From NCBI GenBank assembly GCA_024405635.1, contig JAKSOL010000001.1, positions 80,048-144,047 on the forward strand: 64,000 bases of DNA. Reading direction: 5' to 3'. This document shows positions 20,541-27,104 of this stretch, in pieces. How positions within the stretch are numbered: position 1 is the stretch's first letter; every line of letters begins with the position of its first letter. Position numbers and translations under genes: made by a program. Under the pieces are notes generated by a model, which had not been told where the DNA came from, made no database searches, and worked only from the letters and a program-made list of their open reading frames with translations. The stretch is from Salinivirgaceae bacterium. Lineage in GTDB: Bacteria > Bacteroidota > Bacteroidia > Bacteroidales > SZUA-534.

Positions 20541-21776
20541 ATGATATCAGTTACAAGCATCTCATATTTTCAAGAGCAAGACTCAACCACAACCTCATAC
20601 TACGTTGAAACCGACCATCTTGGCAGCATCTGCAAAATATACGATGCCGCAGGCTCCAAGCAATACGACGCTACCTACGATGCATGGGGCAAGCAGACAG
20701 TTAATTACAACACGCTTGGCCTCACCCGAGGCTACTGCGCCCACGAGCATTGGAACCAGTTTGGCTTGATAGACATGAACGGCCGTTTCCTCAGCCCCGA
20801 CCCATACGTACAAGACCCCACCAACCTGCAGAACTTTAACCGCTACTCGTATTGCCTAAACAACCCACTGAAGTATAATGACCCGAGCGGGGAGTCTGCC
20901 GTATTGACTGCCGCAATTATAGGCGCAGTTGTTGGAACATATATAGGTGGAATAATGGCAAACAACACATACAATCCTATTAAATGGAACTATAACGAAC
21001 TCAAAACATGGGGCTATATGGGCGGTGGTGCAATAGTTGGTGCAGCTAGCGGTGCGGCGGGTGCCTACGTAGGAAGCACCGTAGGAGGTTATTTTGCAGG
21101 GTCAAGTTTTGTAGCAGGAGCGGCATCGGGCGCAGCGGCTGGAGCAGTTAGCGGCACTATTTCAGGAGCTGGGTATTCTTGGCTTAATGGAGCCTCTTTT
21201 AGACAAGGTGTTTGGAAAGGCTTTATTGGTGGCAATGTTGGTGGGCTAACTGGCGGTGTAATGGGAGGCTTGGCTGGAGGCATATCAGCATATAACAATG
21301 ATTGCAATTTCTGGAATGGCAAACCAAACACATTGTTAGATGAAATAGATTACAATCTTCCATTTTGCCCAAATGAAGGTAGTAATGATTGTTTTGTAAA
21401 ATCGGCCGAAGCTATTGAGAGCAAATTTGCCGAAAACCCTAGAACTTCTACACAATTAAGAACTAGTATTGGGAAGACAAAAAATGAATTGGTTAGTGTT
21501 GAGGATATGCAAAACAAAGCTGGATACAGGTTTACTACAACAAAGGACCGCTGTCAAGCATTTGAAAAGCTAAAAAATGGAAAACTATCTTTTCATGCAA
21601 CAGATTGGGGAGACGGCACTGGACATATGACAGCTGTTAATAAAATGCAAATGTGGCAACGAGCAAACGGTAAATTATATTTCCGATTATTTACTATGGA
21701 TTCTGCAAAAGGACAATATTCAAGAACATTAATAAATCGCTTTTACTTCGTTGAAGCCATCAGCCGAAACTTTTAA
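20541..21776 (+). CDS. Orphan Rhs core-tip (about the last 100 aa of the core), then a Gly/Ala-zipper segment and a variable C-terminal toxin-like domain (CT2, possible Cys/His peptidase fold)
   Basis: From about nt 20592, SYYVETDHLGSICKIYDAAGSKQYDATYDAWGKQTVN...[26 protein letters not shown]...KYNDPSGE aligns to 19390-19721 of the first Rhs ORF. The nearest in-frame ATG is at 20541. Confidence 0.75.
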   Translation: MISVTSISYFQEQDSTTTSYYVETDHLGSICKIYDAAGSKQYDATYDAWGKQTVNYNTLGLTRGYCAHEHWNQFGLIDMNGRFLSPDPYVQDPTNLQNFNRYSYCLNNPLKYNDPSGESAVLTAAIIGAVVGTYIGGIMANNTYNPIKWNYNELKTWGYMGGGAIVGAASGAAGAYVGSTVGGYFAGSSFVAGAASGAAAGAVSGTISGAGYSWLNGASFRQGVWKGFIGGNVGGLTGGVMGGLAGGISAYNNDCNFWNGKPNTLLDEIDYNLPFCPNEGSNDCFVKSAEAIESKFAENPRTSTQLRTSIGKTKNELVSVEDMQNKAGYRFTTTKDRCQAFEKLKNGKLSFHATDWGDGTGHMTAVNKMQMWQRANGKLYFRLFTMDSAKGQYSRTLINRFYFVEAISRNF

Positions 21777-21788
21777 TAACAGCTTACC

Positions 21789-22460
21789 ATGAAAAAAATT
21801 ATAAATCTAATAGTCTGCATGTTTGCTATTACTTGTAATGCTCAAAAAATTAAATACACTGAACGCGATATAGCAATAATTGACTCTTTGGCGAAAAAGG
21901 CTTTCGAAAAATGTATAACTAAAAACCAAATACAATCGATAGAAAAAATAGACCGTTCTTTATTTGAAGGATCCAAATTAATAGCAATACCTACTTGTAA
22001 AATACACAATGAACAATATTGGGTTATTGACACCTCACATGTTCCTTATTTGTCATTAATAATGAAAGATGAATCTTGCATTGGTGTTGTTAGTTCTGAC
22101 GATTGTAACAATAGTTATATTGATGTAAACTATTGCTACAAAAAGAATTTAGGGGGTTGTTCTAATGTTGGTCATATGGTAAATATTATTACCAATACAA
22201 AAGATAGTTTGATATTCAGCCTAAGAGGAACTGATGATAAAATACTTTTTATGTATAATCAAGACGAAATCAAATATGTTGATATAGTTGCCGATTATAT
22301 TGAAAATGAAGAAGTATATAATTCAGTTTCATTTGATATTAGAATGGTATCATTTAAATCATTAGATCAAATATCAAATTGTGGATTGCCAACAAGAGAA
22401 AAAAAGAAAAATTCAAAAAAGAATTTGCGACATCCACTAGAGAGTATTCTCTACGATTAA
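21789..22460 (+). CDS. Candidate immunity protein 2 (signal peptide / possible lipoprotein)
   Basis: It begins MKKIINLIVCMFAITCNAQ, starts 12 nt after the CT2 stop, and is AT-rich. Confidence 0.55.
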   Translation: MKKIINLIVCMFAITCNAQKIKYTERDIAIIDSLAKKAFEKCITKNQIQSIEKIDRSLFEGSKLIAIPTCKIHNEQYWVIDTSHVPYLSLIMKDESCIGVVSSDDCNNSYIDVNYCYKKNLGGCSNVGHMVNIITNTKDSLIFSLRGTDDKILFMYNQDEIKYVDIVADYIENEEVYNSVSFDIRMVSFKSLDQISNCGLPTREKKKNSKKNLRHPLESILYD

Positions 22461-22479
22461 CGAGTTAGTTCATTTTATT

Positions 22480-22526
22480 AAGCCGCAAGCGGAGTAATTT
22501 CTGCTTGCGGCTTATTACTAAAAAAC
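22480..22526 (+). terminator. Hairpin/terminator module, repeated at 25182-25228
   Basis: The stem is aagccgcaagc-ggagtaatttct-gcttgcggctt, followed by attactaaaaaa. A near-identical copy follows the last immunity-like ORF. Confidence 0.65.
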
Positions 22527-22558
22527 AACTTTTGAATATAACTTACACATATAACTAC

Positions 22559-23761
22559 AAGCAAACCGTAAACGTTAACTACATTGGCATAACCCGCGGC
22601 TACACAGGCCACGAGCACTGGAACCAGTTTGGTCTTATTGACATGAATTTTGCGATTGAGCGAGAGCAGAGTGAATATGTGGTAACATATTCAGCTATGC
22701 CGAGCGTGAGCAAAATGGGCGAAGCCAACTTCGGCCGTTTCTACGACCCAGTAGTAGGCCGCTTTCTCAGTCCCGACCCTTACGTGCAAGACCCAAGCAA
22801 CCCGCAGAACTTCAACCGCTACTCGTATTGCTTAAATAACCCGCTGAAGTATAATGACCCTAGTGGGGAATCTGCCGTATTGACGGCCGCAATTATAGGC
22901 GCAGTTATTGGAACATATATAGGAGGAACAATGGCAAACAACACTTATAATCCCATTAAATGGAACTATAGCGAACTCAAAACATGGGGATACATGGGCG
23001 GAGGTGCAATAGTTGGTGCGGCTAGCGGTGCAGCTGGTGCCTATGTTGGAAGCACCGTAGGAGGTTATTTTGCCAGTTCGAGTTTCGTTGCAGGATCTGC
23101 TTCGGGCGCAGCTGCTGGTGCCGTTGGTGGTACAATTTCAGGAGCTGGATATTCTTGGCTAGATGGAGCCTCTTTTAAACAAGGTGCTTGGAAAGGTTTT
23201 GTTAGCGGTAATGTTGGTGCTCTTACTGGCGGCTTGCTTGGTGGAATCGTTGGTGGCATTGATGCATATTGCGACGGCCGAAATGCGTGGACAGGCAAAG
23301 AAGTTGCCATGGGACGATCAAGGTTGGCTTTTAACAATACAGATTTGCTTGCAAACAAATACCAAGTTGGGCCAGGAGAAGTGCGAAATGCAAATTATAT
23401 AAATGAAGAAATGGCGAGCTCCAATCCAAAATATGACTATGCCAAATATGGTAAAGTTGATAAAAATGGCTTATCAACTGGTACTATTTCAAAGTACCAA
23501 AATTACACAATGGAAAGTAGAGAATATGAAGTGTTTCAGAATTTTAAAGGCAGGGCTTATTTGGAAGTAAAAAGCACAGGTACATTTGATGTTTCATTCA
23601 GTTTAGATGGTAAAATTATTACACCAGATTCAAATGGATTATTCCACTTACCCCAAGGATGTAAATTACTGCAAATAAATATGATTAGGTCAGAAACTTC
23701 ATCTATGATAAATGCGGTTTCACCTCTTAGATTTACAATTCAAGGCTACTCAATTCCTTAA
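22559..23761 (+). CDS. Orphan Rhs core-tip (about the last 60 aa of the core, with an 84-nt in-frame insertion), then the Gly/Ala-zipper and a variable C-terminal domain (CT3, unknown fold). It has no start codon at the homology boundary.
   Basis: [30 protein letters not shown][28-aa insert][46 protein letters not shown]. The frame is open only from 22469. The sole upstream start is a TTG inside the hairpin. Confidence 0.7.
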   Translation, partial: KQTVNVNYIGITRGYTGHEHWNQFGLIDMNFAIEREQSEYVVTYSAMPSVSKMGEANFGRFYDPVVGRFLSPDPYVQDPSNPQNFNRYSYCLNNPLKYNDPSGESAVLTAAIIGAVIGTYIGGTMANNTYNPIKWNYSELKTWGYMGGGAIVGAASGAAGAYVGSTVGGYFASSSFVAGSASGAAAGAVGGTISGAGYSWLDGASFKQGAWKGFVSGNVGALTGGLLGGIVGGIDAYCDGRNAWTGKEVAMGRSRLAFNNTDLLANKYQVGPGEVRNANYINEEMASSNPKYDYAKYGKVDKNGLSTGTISKYQNYTMESREYEVFQNFKGRAYLEVKSTGTFDVSFSLDGKIITPDSNGLFHLPQGCKLLQINMIRSETSSMINAVSPLRFTIQGYSIP

Positions 23762-23775
23762 ATAAGTGTTTAAAA

Positions 23776-24465
23776 ATGAACAATTTTATATACGCAAAGA
23801 ACATACTTGTAAGTTTGTTCTTGTTACTTCCATTTTTTTCAATGTCACAATCAGATGAAATTGGTTGGGCAATATTCAATTATCCCCAAAATATTACGAT
23901 TAACGGGGCAAAATACACATATCATTATGCAAATGGTGATGAGGCAGAAACAGATTCGTTACTTTATGAACCAAACGAATATTTTAAGTTCTTTCCTAAA
24001 AATCATAAACTTAATGAATTGGACACTATGGATTTTGTGTATGGTTCAAGGAAAGTTCATAAAGTTTACGGGAAGAAAATTCAGTACAATAAGCAACATG
24101 ATTATGTGTCATTTTTATCTTGGAACGAAGGCACTGAATACCTACTAATTACGTTTAAAGAGAAGGATTTGTTTATTGAATATTGCGATTCAACCATTAA
24201 GTCACCTAATAGCATTGCGATGGTAAAAAGAATGAATAAAGTTAGAAGTGTTATTGTAAAGAGTAAGATTAAAAAAATAGAGAAACTAAGCCACAACATT
24301 GAGTACAATGCTGAATCTATTTCCACTCCCCCTATAGTTTTTGAATTGAAAATTGGAGATAATTACAAGATATTACCCATTCTAACCTTAGACGCGCCAA
24401 AAGCATTTAAAAAATCATATAGTTTGTACAAAAGGCTAATAAATAATGCAAAAAAAGGCATATGA
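23776..24465 (+). CDS. Candidate immunity protein 3 (signal peptide)
   Basis: It begins MNNFIYAKNILVSLFLLLPFFSMSQS, starts 15 nt after the CT3 stop, and is AT-rich. Confidence 0.55.
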   Translation: MNNFIYAKNILVSLFLLLPFFSMSQSDEIGWAIFNYPQNITINGAKYTYHYANGDEAETDSLLYEPNEYFKFFPKNHKLNELDTMDFVYGSRKVHKVYGKKIQYNKQHDYVSFLSWNEGTEYLLITFKEKDLFIEYCDSTIKSPNSIAMVKRMNKVRSVIVKSKIKKIEKLSHNIEYNAESISTPPIVFELKIGDNYKILPILTLDAPKAFKKSYSLYKRLINNAKKGI

Positions 24466-24600
24466 CTGCTGTAAATAAAATGCAAATGTGGCAACGAACT
24501 AATGGTAAAATTTATTATCGCTTATTTACAATGGATTCGGCCAAAGGACAATACACAAGAACCGCTATTAATCGGTTTTATTGTTGAAGCGATAAGAACA
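24459..24600 (+). pseudogene. Remnant of the 3' end of a CT2-like toxin gene
   Basis: tatgactgctgtaaataaaatgcaaatgtggcaacgaactaatggtaaa... aligns to 21624-21776 (HMTAVNKMQMWQRANGKLYFRLFTMDSAKGQYSRT...). A 1-nt deletion gives a premature stop (RFYC*). Confidence 0.85.
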
Positions 24601-24703
24601 TGACTTTAGATGTTACTTAAAATCATTTACTTCACGCTCAAATGTATTTACGCTCTGCTGGAGTGCGCCCTTTGCTTTATTCTTACTATTTAAACCAATA
24701 AAC

Positions 24704-25155
24704 ATGAAACTCCTAAGTATCATTATAATGATTTGCAGCATCGGATCAACAATAAAGTCAGATATCGATTTAATGAACTAAGCGAAGTTCAGCTATACTC
24801 TTATTTCACAGAACAAGGGGCCCGAAAACTTGAACTCAATTCTAAATTTGATGAATTCAAAAGAGATTCAATAAATAAAATAACTATTGAGCAAGAAGAC
24901 GTACAAGTAATTAGACAAATTTTGTCAACCGCAGAGAGATACAAATTAAAAGGTGATAAGGTTGGAATAAACTTATTGTATTTTGATTTTATTTTTTCTT
25001 CAAGCACTAATTCTCAGCAGTTTATATTAGTAAACAATAGCAGTTTTATCGACTTAAATAACAATTGTGCGTATATAGTTAACAACGATAAGCATCGTAT
25101 GTGGCTTAAAGAGTTTCTAAACAAATACAGAAATGTGGTATCCTCAATATTTTGA
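24704..25155 (+). pseudogene. Immunity-like gene 4, apparently frameshifted (signal peptide in one frame, body in another)
   Basis: The ATG at 24704 encodes MKLLSIIIMICSIGST... and stops at 24781. The 140-aa ORF (24733-25155) is in a different frame, has no ATG, and is open from 24694. Confidence 0.55.
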
Positions 25156-25181
25156 ATCGGAGTAACTTTATAAAAATCAAG

Positions 25182-25228
25182 AGCCGCAAGCGGAGTATTT
25201 TCAGCTTGTGGCTTATTGCTATAAAAAA
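25182..25228 (+). terminator. Second copy of the island hairpin/terminator module
   Basis: The stem is agccgcaagc-ggagtattttca-gcttgtggct, followed by tattgctataaaaaa. Confidence 0.6.
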
Positions 25229-25255
25229 GCCAACAATTAAACAGAGAGAATATTC

Positions 25256-25308
25256 CGTTGTACATAGTTTCAAGTTGATGATGTTTTTACAAAGGAACGA
25301 AAAAGATG
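25256..25308. repeat. Right copy of the 53-bp direct repeat flanking the Rhs island
   Basis: It matches 18363-18415 at 51 of 53 positions. Confidence 0.95.
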
Positions 25309-25416
25309 TCTGCAAAGACAATAAACAATAGCATTGCATCGTAAAAGTAAGTGCTATTTTATACCTTTGGAAACTATGCTAAAAAAGCATCACCACGAAT
25401 TAATTTGATAAATAAA

Positions 25417-27030
25417 ATGATACGTAAGTTATTCGCTATTACTTGTTTGGCTTTTGTTGGGCTAGCAACATCTGCGCAAAATACCTTTAGTGTGCAGAAC
25501 TACAAGATGAGCCGAGTGCTAACTTTAATCGACCATTTGTATGTTGACACCGTTGACGATGCAAAGATTGTTGAGGCTGGCATCGTTGCAATGCTCAAAG
25601 AACTTGACCCTCATTCGATATATGTTTCGCCCGACGAGGTAAAAGAAATGAACGAACCGCTTGAGGGTAATTTTGAAGGCATAGGCATTCAGTTTAGCAT
25701 TATTAACGATACACTGATGGCGGTAGGTATTATTCCCGGTGGCCCTTCGGAGCGGGTTGGACTAATGGCTGGCGACCGTATTCTGTATATCGACTCGACA
25801 AATGTTGCTGGAGTTGGAATAACAAACAACGATGTTTTTAAAAAGCTACGTGGCAAAAAAGGAACAAAGGTTACGGTAAAAATTCAGCGTCATGGTTCGC
25901 CCGAGTTGCTCGAATTTACCATCACTCGCGACAAAATTCCAATCTATAGTGTTGATGCATCGTATGTTATCGACAAAAAAGAAAAGATAGGATATGTTAA
26001 AGTGAACAAGTTTGCTGCAACAACAACCGACGAATATACCAAGGCAATGGAAAAATTGCGCAAGGCTGGTGTTCGTAATCTGATTCTTGACCTTACTGAC
26101 AATGGTGGAGGTTTCTTAAATTCAGGTTTTGACCTTGCTAGTCAATTCTTAAACGATGGACAAATGGTAGTTTATACCGATGGAGTTAAACAACCACGTC
26201 AAGATTACAGAGCGCGTGGCAAAAAAAGTTTGGACTACGATAGAGTTGTAGTAATGGTTGACGAGGGGTCGGCATCGGCAAGCGAAATTGTAACTGGTGC
26301 TCTTCAAGATTGGGACCGTGCTGTGGTTGTTGGTCGTCGCACTTTTGGTAAGGGATTGGTACAAAATCAGTTCCCGCTAACCGATGGGTCAATGATTCGA
26401 CTTACAGTTGCTCGCTATTACACACCAACAGGTCGTTGCATTCAGCGTCCATATTCGGCAGGCGTTGATCAGTACGAGCAAGATTTTATTGACCGTTACA
26501 ACAATGGCGAACTTAATAGTGCCGATTCAATTCATCTGCCAACTTCTGAAATTTATTATACACTTAATAGTCATCGTCCGGTGTACGGCGGTGGTGGCAT
26601 TATACCCGACATTTTTGTGCCTATCGATACAACTTATTATTCAGACTATTATGCAAGAATGATTCGTAGCGGCATATTTAATCGCTTTGTTATTGAGTAT
26701 ATCGACACTCATCGCGACTCGCTTGAACGTGTTTACAAAAGCACAAAAACCGATGCCGATTTTGACAAGTTTAATGCAAAGTTTGAGGTTACCGATGCTT
26801 TGCTGCAAGAATTGATTGATTATGCAGCAAAAAATAAACTTGAGTACGTTGATGCTGATTTTGCTCGTAGTAAAGAGTATATCCGTTTTTACTTAAAGGC
26901 GGCAATTTCGCGCGATTTGTACGATAGTGGAGAGTTTTACCAAATTTATAATTTGCATAACCCAATTTTTAAAGAGGCTGTAAGAGTTATTAAAGACGTT
27001 GATTTGTATAACTCAAAATTGGCAAAGTAA
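25417..27030 (+). CDS. S41-family C-terminal processing (tail-specific) peptidase with a PDZ domain
   Basis: It has a signal peptide (MIRKLFAITCLAFVGLATSAQ), a PDZ region (GIGIQF...GGPSERVGLMAGDRILYID) and the catalytic region VVMVDEGSASASEI...GRRTFGKG. Confidence 0.88.
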   Translation: MIRKLFAITCLAFVGLATSAQNTFSVQNYKMSRVLTLIDHLYVDTVDDAKIVEAGIVAMLKELDPHSIYVSPDEVKEMNEPLEGNFEGIGIQFSIINDTLMAVGIIPGGPSERVGLMAGDRILYIDSTNVAGVGITNNDVFKKLRGKKGTKVTVKIQRHGSPELLEFTITRDKIPIYSVDASYVIDKKEKIGYVKVNKFAATTTDEYTKAMEKLRKAGVRNLILDLTDNGGGFLNSGFDLASQFLNDGQMVVYTDGVKQPRQDYRARGKKSLDYDRVVVMVDEGSASASEIVTGALQDWDRAVVVGRRTFGKGLVQNQFPLTDGSMIRLTVARYYTPTGRCIQRPYSAGVDQYEQDFIDRYNNGELNSADSIHLPTSEIYYTLNSHRPVYGGGGIIPDIFVPIDTTYYSDYYARMIRSGIFNRFVIEYIDTHRDSLERVYKSTKTDADFDKFNAKFEVTDALLQELIDYAAKNKLEYVDADFARSKEYIRFYLKAAISRDLYDSGEFYQIYNLHNPIFKEAVRVIKDVDLYNSKLAK

Positions 27031-27056
27031 AATGAATTAACTTGCTGATTTATAAT

Positions 27057-27097
27057 AAAAAAGCGGTTGTGTTTATAATAAATACAACCGCTTTTTG
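27057..27097. terminator. Bidirectional terminator between convergent genes
   Basis: The stem aagcggttgt(27061-27070)/acaaccgctt(27084-27093) is flanked by an A-run and a T-run. Confidence 0.7.
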
Positions 27098-27104
27098 TTT
27101 GCTA

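Noticed and set aside
18416-25255. Calling the island a mobile element (ICE, transposon or prophage remnant)
   Set aside because: I could recognise no integrase, transposase, relaxase or phage gene. Only the flanking direct repeats are reported.
25014-25265. 83-aa minus-strand ORF starting MYNGIFSLF
   Set aside because: Its start codon and first three codons are simply the duplicated LOG gene start within the right 53-bp repeat. The rest is antisense to the island's end, so it is likely not a real gene.
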